DNA of 64,000 nt, from assembly GCA_045628165.1 (NCBI GenBank), contig JAZQPB010000228.1, positions 368-64,367 of the forward strand, written 5' to 3'. The notes below the pieces were generated by a model, which was not told where the DNA came from, searched no databases, and worked only from the letters and a program-made list of their open reading frames with translations. Position numbers and translations under genes: made by a program. Of the stretch, positions 24,660-34,420 are shown piece by piece. How positions within the stretch are numbered: the first letter of the stretch is position 1; each line of letters opens with the position of its first letter. Source of the stretch: Bacteroidales bacterium (lineage in GTDB: Bacteria; Bacteroidota; Bacteroidia; Bacteroidales; UBA3824).

Positions 24660-25544
24660 CTACTGCTTCGAGAGTTTGGCGTAGTAGTCGGCGTTTTTCT
24701 TGTCGTTCAGTCGGGTATAGATTCTCGAGAGAATTGCGGCGTCGTGCGGCTTCTTGGTAATGCCGTAGAGCTTCACGTAGAGGTCGCGCGCCTTCTTGAA
24801 ACGTGCCGTGAGCGGAGCCGTGGTTTTCTGCAGCCTGGCGTATGCCTCGTTGGTCTTCTTGGCCTCGTAAGCCTTTATGGCGGCCACATACTCGTTTTCG
24901 GTGGTTATGTAGGCATTGTAGGCGGCAGCTGATAGGCCAATCAGATTGTTGGGGTCCATCTTGTAGAGCTGCTGGGCGGTCTTGTCGGCCTCGTCGTCCT
25001 TGCCGAGCTTCTTGCATATCTGGTGATACTTCTCCAGATTAGCAACCGAGCCTCGGTCGGCATCGCTCATCTTGCCGTATGCGGCAAAAGCCCTGTCGTA
25101 TTCCGACATCTCCACCAGCCTGTCCACAAGTCTCTGACACACATAATCGGAGCCGTCGGCAAGAGAATCCATCGCCACAAACTTTTCGAGACAGTCGAGC
25201 TCCTTGCTCATATTATCTATTTCAGCATAATATTTAGCCATCAGCAGCACCGACTGAGAATCCGAAAATCCCTGGGTTTCAGCTGATATGAGATATTCCA
25301 TAGCCTTTTCCTTGTTGCCGGTCATGTACAGGCACTTGCCAGCTGATGCCATTACATCTGCCGGGGCCTTGCGGTTTTTCTGCTTGTACTGGTCTATCAC
25401 CTTGTTGTATCCTGCCAGGGCTGTCACATAGTCCTTGTTGGCAAAAGCCTGGTCGGCATCAGCTGTCGGTATTGCGGCCTTCTGCTGAGAGGCGCACGAA
25501 GCCAGCATAATCACCGACGCCAGAATAAAATGTTTGATACGCAT
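24660..25544 (-). CDS. TPR-repeat lipoprotein
   Basis: Start placed at MRIKHFILASVIMLASCAS (lipobox). The ORF-track extension to 25877 runs through a promoter and a terminator. TPR-like helical repeats. Confidence 0.7.
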   Translation of the reverse strand: MRIKHFILASVIMLASCASQQKAAIPTADADQAFANKDYVTALAGYNKVIDQYKQKNRKAPADVMASAGKCLYMTGNKEKAMEYLISAETQGFSDSQSVLLMAKYYAEIDNMSKELDCLEKFVAMDSLADGSDYVCQRLVDRLVEMSEYDRAFAAYGKMSDADRGSVANLEKYHQICKKLGKDDEADKTAQQLYKMDPNNLIGLSAAAYNAYITTENEYVAAIKAYEAKKTNEAYARLQKTTAPLTARFKKARDLYVKLYGITKKPHDAAILSRIYTRLNDKKNADYYAKLSKQ

Positions 25545-25564
25545 AATTCTATTAAGTTTTAATG

Positions 25565-25572
25565 CAAAATTA
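25565..25572 (-). promoter_or_regulatory. -7 box TAATTTTG for the TPR lipoprotein gene
   Basis: The plus strand reads caaaatta, ~21 nt upstream of the ATG at 25544. Confidence 0.4.
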
Positions 25573-25612
25573 AGAAAATTAATTGCAATAAGCAACATTA
25601 AAAACGCAGATA

Positions 25613-25676
25613 AACAAAAAAAACTATTGCACTCAAGCCCGGCGACTGAACAACAGAGGCTGCCTGAATGCAATAG
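25613..25676 (-). terminator. Rho-independent terminator of the 157-aa gene
   Basis: ctattgca (25624-25631) pairs with tgcaatag (25669-25676), followed by a long T-run on the minus strand. Confidence 0.55.
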
Positions 25677-25710
25677 CTGATATCTTGAAAAGCTGAATCC
25701 GTATGCTTGA

Positions 25711-26184
25711 CTACTTCTTGGCTCTACCCACAAACGAGAGGATACCAACGGCACAAGCCTTCTTGTTGCCCTGGCCCGGCTTGAATCTGATAGAAACATA
25801 GTAGATACCCTGTTTCTGGCAGGCGAAATCGAAAGACTTCTTGTCGGTATTAGTAGCCTTGTCGAAAGTAGACTCATGAGGATTGCTCTCAGGCTTCGAC
25901 GAATCGTAGAGAGTGAGCACTACCTGATCCTGAAAACCCTCCTGCGCGCAAAGAGTAAACCTATATGTAGTATTGGCCGAAAGCTGAACAGACCATTTCA
26001 TACCAGTCTCCTCATCAATTGCATCACGCTTGAGTTTTGTATTGAAATCGCGAAGATATATTGCCTTCTCAGTTTGGGTTGCACACTGATATACAACCTG
26101 CTGCTTGCACTGTGCATTGGCATCGCTTGAATACATAGCCAAAGAAATGAAAGCACACACCAATAAGATAAATAGTCTTTTCAT
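25711..26184 (-). CDS. Secreted hypothetical protein (157 aa)
   Basis: Signal peptide MKRLFILLVCAFISLAMYSSDANA. Cys-containing, beta-rich sequence. Confidence 0.6.
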   Translation of the reverse strand: MKRLFILLVCAFISLAMYSSDANAQCKQQVVYQCATQTEKAIYLRDFNTKLKRDAIDEETGMKWSVQLSANTTYRFTLCAQEGFQDQVVLTLYDSSKPESNPHESTFDKATNTDKKSFDFACQKQGIYYVSIRFKPGQGNKKACAVGILSFVGRAKK

Positions 26185-26196
26185 ATTTTTATTCGA

Positions 26197-27111
26197 TTAA
26201 TTGATAATTTTGTTTCGTATTTTTTCGGTAGCTGTTATAATCTCTGAGAGGTCCTCGTCAGAAATCTCGATAACAGTATACTCATTGATAACAGAACCGT
26301 CGGGCGAATTCTCTACCTGAACAGTGATGTTCACCACGTCAAGTACATCCTTGAGCTCCTCAAGATCCTTTACGAGGTCGCCGAAATTGGTGTCCTTGTC
26401 CTTGAACATACGCAGAATAGGAAGCAGGCTGTTGAGCACCGATTTCTGCTGACCAATTGCGTCCTTGAGGTCGCTTGAGTACTGACCATTCTGGTCCTTA
26501 ATCTCCTTCTCTATCTGTGTAAGGAGATAGAGAGATTCTGTCCATACACCGGTAACGAGCAATGCGCTGAGGTTGCTGCGCTGGCTGTCTCTCAAGTGTG
26601 CATCCATATTGCGGTAGCTCTGGGTACACATAAACTGGAGAGTATCAATATTGTCGTCGGATGTAGCAAGGCGCTTGAGAGTAGGGAAGTCGAAGAACTG
26701 ACCCAACTTGAGCTCCTCTGTGAGCTGACGCACTGCTACAAGATATTGCAGAATCTGCGAAGTCTTCTGATATACATTGAGATAGCCAAGATCAACACTG
26801 AGCATACCCAAACCCAGAGACTTCTTGAACAAAGTTGTCACCTCCTTCACCTTGTCGGGGTCCAGAAGGTATCTGTTGGTAAAAGGCATTTCTATATCCT
26901 TCAAGAGAGCAGCCATCTCCACCGGAGAAGAGAAGCTGGCTATTACTTCGTTCATAGCCTCAAAGTTATAGTTAGCATTAGACGAACCCAAATCGTCCTC
27001 TGGTATAAATGCCTGAATCTCCTCGTCATTGCCGCCACCGCATCCGCTGCAGTTGAACTGCAGCATAGCTGTGCAAGCCAATGCTAAAGATAATAATATT
27101 CGTTTGCGCAT
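26197..27111 (-). CDS. Hypothetical lipoprotein (304 aa)
   Basis: Signal/lipobox LALACTAMLQFNCSGC. Directly downstream of the ABC transporter gene. Confidence 0.6.
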   Translation of the reverse strand: MRKRILLSLALACTAMLQFNCSGCGGGNDEEIQAFIPEDDLGSSNANYNFEAMNEVIASFSSPVEMAALLKDIEMPFTNRYLLDPDKVKEVTTLFKKSLGLGMLSVDLGYLNVYQKTSQILQYLVAVRQLTEELKLGQFFDFPTLKRLATSDDNIDTLQFMCTQSYRNMDAHLRDSQRSNLSALLVTGVWTESLYLLTQIEKEIKDQNGQYSSDLKDAIGQQKSVLNSLLPILRMFKDKDTNFGDLVKDLEELKDVLDVVNITVQVENSPDGSVINEYTVIEISDEDLSEIITATEKIRNKIIN

Positions 27112-27204
27112 GATACTATAAATATTGTCTTTTTTTGATTTTCAAAAATAGTAAAAATTTTGCATACCAAAACAAAAACTACAAAAGTTTTTCAAAAAAA
27201 ATTA

Positions 27205-30200
27205 TTATTTGTCCTTTGAAGCCTCTGTAGATGCATCACTCTTAGAGGTTTCGGTCTTGGCTTTCTTATCAGCCTCGGCAGCCTTGACAGCCTTCTTCTC
27301 GGCTTTGGCGGCCTTCTGCTGGGCTATCTTCTTCTTCATCCACTCGTATGGAGCGGAGTAGTTGATGCTGCCCGACCAGTTGACAAACCTCTTCAGGAGA
27401 TCGAAGTACAACGTAATGTAGCATATCAGGCTGAAAAGCCAGATTACCACAATGTTGAATGTAAATGTATCATAGTATTCGCCGCAGAACCATTTTCTTG
27501 GAGCATAGAAGTGGGCCCTGAAACCAAACCAGCTTGAATTGTCAGCATCCTGGAAAATAGGGTCCGCTTGTTGTATTAAACGATTTCCGTGACGAATTAT
27601 TTTCTTTTTCTCAAAAGTATTTGTAACAATATCCTGCAATTTTTCATTGTGGTACTTGTTACGGTATGTGTGATAGAAACTTGCCTGTGCAACTTTTTTC
27701 TCAATATCTTTCTTGTCGATATTGGGATCCTTGCTCAGCTTGTTGCGGATTATCTTCTTGTAGGCGTCCTCGTAATGGGCCTTAGCGTGCTCGATGTTGG
27801 ATTCTGCGCTGTTAAACTGATTGACGTAGATCTTCTTCACCTTGTTGAGGTAATCCTCCACCTCCTCGGCCACATCCTCGTCGAACTTGCCTACATAGAG
27901 ATCGTTGATGCAGTCGAGGCGGTAGTCCTTTACTCGGCGCATTTCAGCTGCACACTCCTCACGGAGCAGGGCCAGGTGATACTCCTGTATCTGATGGATA
28001 CGTACTGTATCGTAGCCCTCATCCTCGGCGTCCTCCAGCGAATCGAGACAGTCGATAGCGTAGCCGAGCGATTTCTCGAGCTCTCCGAAATAGTGCACCT
28101 CCTTGTAGTTGGCGTAGCTCTTCTCCTTCTCGAAATTGTAGAAGTTGCTCTCGTACTGATTGTCCTTGAACGACTTAACCATCAATGCCTCGTAAGACCA
28201 TCTTGAAGGCATCATCTCGGCGATGATAGGCACACGGCCCACCGAACCGATTATCTGATTGAGCTTGTCGAAGCTGAACATGGAGCCGCCCAGAGCCATC
28301 TGGGGAATCATGAGCAGCGGAATGAGGATGTAGATGGTAACAGCTGAGTTGAATGCCGACGAAATGTTGAGGCCAAGCATATTGGCAAACACAAACATCG
28401 GGAACAGCACAAGCCAGAACGACAAATACATATCGGCAAACTGCAATATGGAATTGCCCACAAGCACATAGAGCAGGGCCTGGATAGCTGATATCGCAGT
28501 AAGTATCACCACCTTGGCTATCAGGTAGCTGGACCTCGACAGATTGAGGAACTCTTCTCGTTTCAGGATCTTGCGGTCGCGGAAAATCTCCTCCGCCGAT
28601 ACCGTAAGACCAAGGAACAGGGCCACGATGATGCTCATGAAAATGTAAGGTACAATATTCTCATTTTCAAAGAACAGATAGTGGTCTCTGTCGGGAGCGG
28701 TATATCTGATGAGGAACGAGAGGATGAATCCAAGGAGCGGCGCCTCAGTAAGGTTAAGGAATATATACTGGGCATTGCTTACCTTCGACTTGAAATCTCG
28801 TCTCAAATATATCTTGAACTGGTTGAACCAGTTGGGAACACGCAAATTCTTGGGTGGCTCGTTGGTTACGTCGTCTATCTTCTCGGGTGTCACGTTCTCA
28901 TGGAAACGCTTTTCCCAGCCCTGGGGATCCACCTTACGCTTGTCCTGGAAATTACCGAACTCATCCACGGTCTGTGCCTCGATGATATCGAAAATCACCT
29001 CCGGCGTTGCATTACCGCAGACCGGACACTCGCCCTCCTCGCTCTTTACCTGATTATCAGCTGTCTTGAAATAAGAGATACAGTCGATAGGATGGCCATA
29101 GTAAACAAGGTAACCGCCGGTATCGAGAATTATCATCTTATCAAACATCTTGTAGATCTGAGAAGACGGCTGGTGGATTACTACGAAAATGAGCTTGCCC
29201 TTCAGGGTGAGCTCTCGCAGAAGGTCCATTACATTCTCGGAGTCGCGCGACGAAAGTCCCGAAGTAGGCTCGTCCACAAAGAGGATGGACGGCTCGCGGA
29301 TAAGCTCGAGCGCGATATTAAGACGCTTGCGCTGACCGCCTGAAATAAGTTTGTTGAGCGAGTTACCTACCTTGAGGTCCTTGCGCTCATACAGGCCGAG
29401 GCTCTTGAGTACGGCATTCACCTTCTCGGTGATCTCGGCATCGCTCAAATTCTTGAAACAGAACTTGGCGCTGAAATAGAGGTTCTCGAAAACTGTGAGC
29501 TCCTCTATCAAAAGGTCGTCCTGAGGGATAAGTCCGATTACGCCCTCAAGCTTTGCCTTCTCTGTGTGGAGGTTTACGCCATTGATGAGCACCTCGCCCT
29601 GCGATGGAGTGGTGATACCGGAAAGCACATTAAGCAATGTGGTCTTACCGGCGCCTGATGCACCCATAATACCAACAAGACGGCCCTGGCACTCAGAGAA
29701 GTTGATATTCCTAAGTCCAATAGCACCATTAGGGAACTTGAACTCAAGGTCATTTACATTGAAAGACAAGTTGGTAAAGGTCTTGTCGGCCTGGAATGTG
29801 GCTACAACGTCGCTGTAGTACACAGGCTTACCTTTGGCCAGCTTGAGAGTGGCACCCGGAGCAAATGAGTAGATACGGTCGGCGTAGATAGCCTGACCGT
29901 TCAAGAACACCTCGTGGGTACCGGTGTAGCGCATAAAGTAGAGCTCCTGTGTAGTAACACGGAGGATAAAGATATCCGAATCGAGGCCCTCGCAGCGGAT
30001 AGACTTTGTGTTGTCGAAGCTGTACTTATTATCGCTGATAACGAGGATGTTGGGAGAATCGAACCTCTGCGAATCGTCGTTGGTAACGAAGTTCTTGGAA
30101 TCCACAAGCACATTCTGAGACAGCGCATCAGCGTCGCTGGCCTCAGGATTTATGTTGAAGACCTCACCCACAGTATCCACGATAGCCATACGCTGCTTGG

Positions 30201-30618
30201 TGAACTTCTTGCTGGTGTTCAGCAATTCGTACAGACGTACATATACAACTATCTTCTGCTGCTGATTAATGGTCCTATTAATCCTCTTGCAGATACCGAG
30301 AATCTTAACAGAGTCCTTAACGGCAGTCTGCTCGCTGAGGGCCTTGAGCTTTTCGGCGGCAACAGGATCGTTGGCGGCCTCCTCCTGGAGCTTTCGGAGT
30401 TTTGCCTCCTGCTTCTCCTTCTTAACCCTCTCCTCCTCGGTAAGGATAAGACCAACCTGCTGCTTGAACTCGAGCAACCATGACTGAGAAGCCTCGGCAC
30501 CAAGCTGCTGTACGAGGAAACTCTCCACGTACTGCAACTCCTTGTCCTCGATACCGCCATCTTGCTTGGCAGTAAGGGCAAACAACTGTATCAACGCTTT
30601 TAATATCTCTTCACTCAT
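27205..30618 (-). CDS. ABCG-type ABC transporter, fused NBD plus ABC-2 permease. It also has an N-terminal TerB-like domain, an unassigned ~230-aa linker and a long C-terminal extension.
   Basis: 1137 aa. LFALTAKQDGGIEDKELQYVESFL (TerB-like). Walker A GASGAGKTT, signature LSGGQRKR, Walker B ILFVDEPTSGLS. Multi-TM ABC-2 region. K/A-rich tail KAAKAEKKAVKAAEADKKAK. Confidence 0.85.
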   Translation of the reverse strand: MSEEILKALIQLFALTAKQDGGIEDKELQYVESFLVQQLGAEASQSWLLEFKQQVGLILTEEERVKKEKQEAKLRKLQEEAANDPVAAEKLKALSEQTAVKDSVKILGICKRINRTINQQQKIVVYVRLYELLNTSKKFTKQRMAIVDTVGEVFNINPEASDADALSQNVLVDSKNFVTNDDSQRFDSPNILVISDNKYSFDNTKSIRCEGLDSDIFILRVTTQELYFMRYTGTHEVFLNGQAIYADRIYSFAPGATLKLAKGKPVYYSDVVATFQADKTFTNLSFNVNDLEFKFPNGAIGLRNINFSECQGRLVGIMGASGAGKTTLLNVLSGITTPSQGEVLINGVNLHTEKAKLEGVIGLIPQDDLLIEELTVFENLYFSAKFCFKNLSDAEITEKVNAVLKSLGLYERKDLKVGNSLNKLISGGQRKRLNIALELIREPSILFVDEPTSGLSSRDSENVMDLLRELTLKGKLIFVVIHQPSSQIYKMFDKMIILDTGGYLVYYGHPIDCISYFKTADNQVKSEEGECPVCGNATPEVIFDIIEAQTVDEFGNFQDKRKVDPQGWEKRFHENVTPEKIDDVTNEPPKNLRVPNWFNQFKIYLRRDFKSKVSNAQYIFLNLTEAPLLGFILSFLIRYTAPDRDHYLFFENENIVPYIFMSIIVALFLGLTVSAEEIFRDRKILKREEFLNLSRSSYLIAKVVILTAISAIQALLYVLVGNSILQFADMYLSFWLVLFPMFVFANMLGLNISSAFNSAVTIYILIPLLMIPQMALGGSMFSFDKLNQIIGSVGRVPIIAEMMPSRWSYEALMVKSFKDNQYESNFYNFEKEKSYANYKEVHYFGELEKSLGYAIDCLDSLEDAEDEGYDTVRIHQIQEYHLALLREECAAEMRRVKDYRLDCINDLYVGKFDEDVAEEVEDYLNKVKKIYVNQFNSAESNIEHAKAHYEDAYKKIIRNKLSKDPNIDKKDIEKKVAQASFYHTYRNKYHNEKLQDIVTNTFEKKKIIRHGNRLIQQADPIFQDADNSSWFGFRAHFYAPRKWFCGEYYDTFTFNIVVIWLFSLICYITLYFDLLKRFVNWSGSINYSAPYEWMKKKIAQQKAAKAEKKAVKAAEADKKAKTETSKSDASTEASKDK

Positions 30619-30711
30619 GATGCTTTATATAAAAGTAGTGTGTTAGTCTTATAATAATATAACGAATCCCCGCCCCTGAAATTATCAGGAACGGAGCAAT
30701 CATATTCTAAA

Positions 30712-31092
30712 TTAGATAGAGTATGGAACCTGCTCGAAAGGAACCTCCACGATATCTGAGTATTCCTCGCCGGCCTCCTCCATATCCTCGTCGTCGTCTG
30801 GATAATGCCATCTTACGAGCACGTCGTTGCCATCGCTGCTGATATCCTCGAGCTTGAGGAGAACATCAAGAAGCAACTTAGAAGAAGCTGTATTGAAGTA
30901 CTCCAGCTTGAAGTTGAACACGGTTTTCTCAAGAGGGTCGTTCTTGTACTCATCGAGCCACTCGAGAATAGGCTTATAGAATACTACAACATCCTCAGGC
31001 AGCGAACGGCCTGAAATCTCAAAAATGTTGTTCTCCTTATCCAATGTTACTGTTGGAGTATCGTCTGTACCTTGTATTTTTATAACTGACAT
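30712..31092 (-). CDS. DUF1987 / SiaC-family regulatory phosphoprotein
   Basis: 126 aa. IKIQGTDDTPTVTLDKENNIFEISGRSLPED...FYKPILEWL...FKLEYFNTASSK, typical of DUF1987. Confidence 0.8.
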   Translation of the reverse strand: MSVIKIQGTDDTPTVTLDKENNIFEISGRSLPEDVVVFYKPILEWLDEYKNDPLEKTVFNFKLEYFNTASSKLLLDVLLKLEDISSDGNDVLVRWHYPDDDEDMEEAGEEYSDIVEVPFEQVPYSI

Positions 31093-31104
31093 AATAGTAA
31101 ATAT

Positions 31105-31683
31105 TTATTCTTTGATTCGGGAAATAGTTGATGTTAAAACGAAAAACGAGTTTACACTGTCGATCGACAGGAAGCTGTACAACAGCTTTTGTCCGGTCTT
31201 GCGTGCAATATCGATGAAGCCTAAGCCTGCACCTCCGCGGTCGGATATACGACCCTCCCGCATCTGCTGCTTGTAGAGCTTATTAAGACCGTCCTTGTCC
31301 TGCTTGTTGATATTCTCCAATATCGACCTCAGTTTCTCGACGTTTTCGTTCTTGATAATGTTACCGGTGGTTACATTATACTCTGTAGCGGCCTTAGAAA
31401 CCATGAAGATTCCTCTGCCGTCTTTGGCTGACTCGTTGGGAGTGCTTTCAGAATGCTTGCTGATGTTTTGAAGGCACTCCACCATGACATGGAAAACCTT
31501 TTTCTGCACCGAGCTCGCATCCTCCTCGCGCGCCATATTCGTCTCGGCGAGCGAGGTAAACGCTTTCGTGATAGAATGCGTAATCTCACCCTCGTAAGCC
31601 AAATTGATATTGTTTCGCTTCATCTTGACGTAGAAGTCGTAAACAAAATCCAGCGACTCGTTGTGTTCTTTGGTATTAGCCAT
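31105..31683 (-). CDS. SiaB-family protein kinase (GHKL-like)
   Basis: 192 aa. INLAYEGEITHSIT and the ATP-lid-like GGAGLGFIDIARKTG. Adjacent to the DUF1987 and PP2C genes. Confidence 0.75.
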   Translation of the reverse strand: MANTKEHNESLDFVYDFYVKMKRNNINLAYEGEITHSITKAFTSLAETNMAREEDASSVQKKVFHVMVECLQNISKHSESTPNESAKDGRGIFMVSKAATEYNVTTGNIIKNENVEKLRSILENINKQDKDGLNKLYKQQMREGRISDRGGAGLGFIDIARKTGQKLLYSFLSIDSVNSFFVLTSTISRIKE

Positions 31684-31713
31684 AATATTGTTTTTTGATA
31701 TTATGATACTTTA

Positions 31714-34359
31714 TTAAAATTCTATTCCGATCAATAATATATCGTCCACCTGCTTGTTGGCGCCCTTAAACTCGAAGAAATCCTTCTCGAAGAGCTCCTT
31801 GTACTGCTGCATCGTAAACTCAGGGTTGCCCTCTATGAGTTCCTTGATACGGCCCGGGCGGTATTTGCGACCATCACTGCCACCTATCTGATCGGGCAAA
31901 CCATCCGAGAAGAAGAAAATCTTCTCGCCGGGATTGAATGTAATCGCATAATTCTCAAATTTCTTCTCCTCCCTGCCCTTGCGTGGCGGCTTGCCACCGA
32001 TAGCCTGCGCAGTTCCCTTATACTGAACAAGTTCCCTCTGGCTGTTGAGGTAGTACAGCGGACGGTGCGCACCCGAAAAGTCAAGTGTGCGGGTATTGAA
32101 ATTAATCTTACACAATGCAACATCCATGCCATCACGTGCTTCTTGCTCCTCACTATCTTGCTTTAGGGTTTTTCTTACACCCAAATGCAGGTGGTCGAGC
32201 ACCTCGCCGGCTGTCATATTCTCGGCGTGGTCGGCTATCATATTAAGGTTGAAGTATCCGATAAATGAGAGCAGGGCTCCCGGCACACCGTGACCCGTAC
32301 AGTCTACGGCTGCTATATAGATGTTGTCGTCTTTTTCAAAGAACCATGGGAAGTCGCCAGATACCACATCTCTTGGACGGTAAAACATGAAGAACTTAGG
32401 CAGCCTTGCCTCGATAGCATCCAGACTCGGAATAATGGCTGACTGAATTCTCTGGGCGTAGTTGATGGACTCGGTGATGCTCTTGTTCTTCTCCTCGATC
32501 TCCATCTCGATACGCTTGCGCTCTGTGATATCGTGAGCTACAATAAGTATAGTCTCGAGCTCCTTTTCTGTGTTGTACTCCGGAATGGCGTTGAGAGCAA
32601 TGATTCTCTCGTCGGTGCCGTCGGCTGTTGGGAACGTGGTTTCCAGGTCGAAAATTCTCTGATTCTGCACCACCTGGCTGAGAGCCTCCTTGAAACAAGT
32701 GGAAATGGATTCCACAAGCTCCACCTCGTCGATGGACTTCTGAAGCATATCCGCCTTCTTCTTGCCGGTGTACTCCTCGGCCACAGGGTTTACATAGAAG
32801 AAACGTCCCTCCGGGTTAAGACGGAGAATGGCATCGAGAGAGTTCTCGGAGAGGGCCTGCATCTGACCTGACATTCGCTGGGCCTTTTCAGCAATCTTGC
32901 GCACTGTGATGTCTCGGGTATTGAAGATAATGCCCTGGATGGCGGCGTTGCTTAGGAGGTTTCGTCCAGTAGCCTCAAGCCACAACTGCTCGTCCTGAGA
33001 CTTATGGAACTGATACTCGAAAGTAACGGGAGTTTCAGGATGCGCTATCAGCTGCTTAAACACCTCATGGAACTTGCCGCGCGATGCATCGTCGAACTTC
33101 TCGACGGCGCTCTTGCCGATAATATAATCAGGATCATAACCAAGAATGTTCTTGCTGGAAGGGCTCTCGTATGTAACGATGGCGCTCTCGTCGTAGATGG
33201 AGATTACCTCGCTCGCATTCTCAAGCAGGGCGTACTGACGTTTCTGACCACGCTCCACCTCGCGGATCTGAGCCTCCAGTTTTCGGTTGGAATCCTGAAG
33301 CTCGAGCTGAGCGCGCTCCATGTCGGCAGCATTCTTGCGGAGCTCCTCCTCATTTTTCTGCAACTGCTTGGTCATGTTCTGGGCGTCGCGGAGGAGTTTC
33401 TCGGTCTGAGTATTAACCTTGAGGTTGAAGATGGTCTGAGCGATAATCTCGCTCACCTCCTTGATAAGCATCAAAGTCTTGTTGGGCAGATCGGCCCTCA
33501 ACGAGGCAAACTCGATAACGCCCTGGAGTTTCTCGTCGCTGATGAGCGGAGAGAGCAGCAGAGTCTGAGGCTTCTGATCGCCGAGAATACCGGAGCTGAT
33601 GGTCACATAGTCGGCAGGAATCTCCTTGCGGTAGATGATGTCGCGCTCAAAGGCGGCCTGGCCCACAAGACCTATACCAATCTGGAATTCCTGAGTGATA
33701 TATTTGCGGCGGTTGTAGGCATAAGTGGCTATATTCACGAGCACCTTCTTGTCGTCGTCGTAGATATAGAAAGCGCCCTGCACGGCGTCGATGTATTCAA
33801 TAAGGCTGATGATAGTCTCGTAAGCCAACTCGTTGATACTGTTTCGCTGACGGAGAATATCATTGACAATTTCCTTTCCCTTGGCAATCCAGTTCTGCTC
33901 GTTCTCACGCTGTGACGTGGCCACAAGGTTGTTCTTCATTATCAGCAGCGACTTACCAAGCAAGTCGTTCTGATCGATATCAGTATTGTCGAAATAGAGG
34001 TCACCTTCACCAATTCGCTTGGCGATAAGTGAGTTTTTGCGGAAAATCTCGTTCTTCTCGGCCAGCATGTTCTCAAGTTCCTCGTTCTGCTGGCGGTTTT
34101 TGCGGGCAAAATAATTGAATATGAGAGCAATAACCAGAGGAGCCAAATCTATGATATACAAATCTGGCGATAGGATATGAATGGTATCCAGCTTGGCTAT
34201 ATCAAAGTGGGTCTGATTGTGAGTGAACGCCGTCAAGATAGCAACAATAGGAAACAGTAAACCTATAGCAAAGCCTATAATGGTGTATATAAGCACCAAA
34301 TGCTTGCTCCTTGCGGTTGTTGCCTCCGTTGCTGATATGTCTGTTTCCTGTAGTGCCAT
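31714..34359 (-). CDS. Membrane-anchored GAF-PAS-PAS-PP2C (SpoIIE) serine/threonine phosphatase, SiaA-like
   Basis: 881 aa. Two N-terminal TM helices, a GAF domain (IGIGLVGQAAFERD), PAS segments, and the C-terminal SGDFPWF...AAVDCTGHGVPGALLS SpoIIE motifs. Confidence 0.85.
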   Translation of the reverse strand: MALQETDISATEATTARSKHLVLIYTIIGFAIGLLFPIVAILTAFTHNQTHFDIAKLDTIHILSPDLYIIDLAPLVIALIFNYFARKNRQQNEELENMLAEKNEIFRKNSLIAKRIGEGDLYFDNTDIDQNDLLGKSLLIMKNNLVATSQRENEQNWIAKGKEIVNDILRQRNSINELAYETIISLIEYIDAVQGAFYIYDDDKKVLVNIATYAYNRRKYITQEFQIGIGLVGQAAFERDIIYRKEIPADYVTISSGILGDQKPQTLLLSPLISDEKLQGVIEFASLRADLPNKTLMLIKEVSEIIAQTIFNLKVNTQTEKLLRDAQNMTKQLQKNEEELRKNAADMERAQLELQDSNRKLEAQIREVERGQKRQYALLENASEVISIYDESAIVTYESPSSKNILGYDPDYIIGKSAVEKFDDASRGKFHEVFKQLIAHPETPVTFEYQFHKSQDEQLWLEATGRNLLSNAAIQGIIFNTRDITVRKIAEKAQRMSGQMQALSENSLDAILRLNPEGRFFYVNPVAEEYTGKKKADMLQKSIDEVELVESISTCFKEALSQVVQNQRIFDLETTFPTADGTDERIIALNAIPEYNTEKELETILIVAHDITERKRIEMEIEEKNKSITESINYAQRIQSAIIPSLDAIEARLPKFFMFYRPRDVVSGDFPWFFEKDDNIYIAAVDCTGHGVPGALLSFIGYFNLNMIADHAENMTAGEVLDHLHLGVRKTLKQDSEEQEARDGMDVALCKINFNTRTLDFSGAHRPLYYLNSQRELVQYKGTAQAIGGKPPRKGREEKKFENYAITFNPGEKIFFFSDGLPDQIGGSDGRKYRPGRIKELIEGNPEFTMQQYKELFEKDFFEFKGANKQVDDILLIGIEF

Positions 34360-34420
34360 ATTGTTTTTGTTATAAATAAGTTCTTTACTATTTGTTTTGG
34401 CCAGCTAATAGCGCGAGATT

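Noticed and set aside
25545-25877. N-terminal extension of the TPR lipoprotein ORF (the track gives 24660..25877)
   Set aside because: The extension runs through a terminator hairpin and a TAnnTTTG box, and overlaps the 3' end of the upstream gene. A lipoprotein signal peptide begins at the internal Met (25544).
28709-30581. Possible FHA domain in the ABC transporter N-terminal region, plus alternative-frame ORFs within the gene
   Set aside because: I could not find the canonical FHA signature residues (G-R ... S-x-x-H ... N-G), so the FHA call is not made. The alternative-frame ORFs are shadow ORFs.
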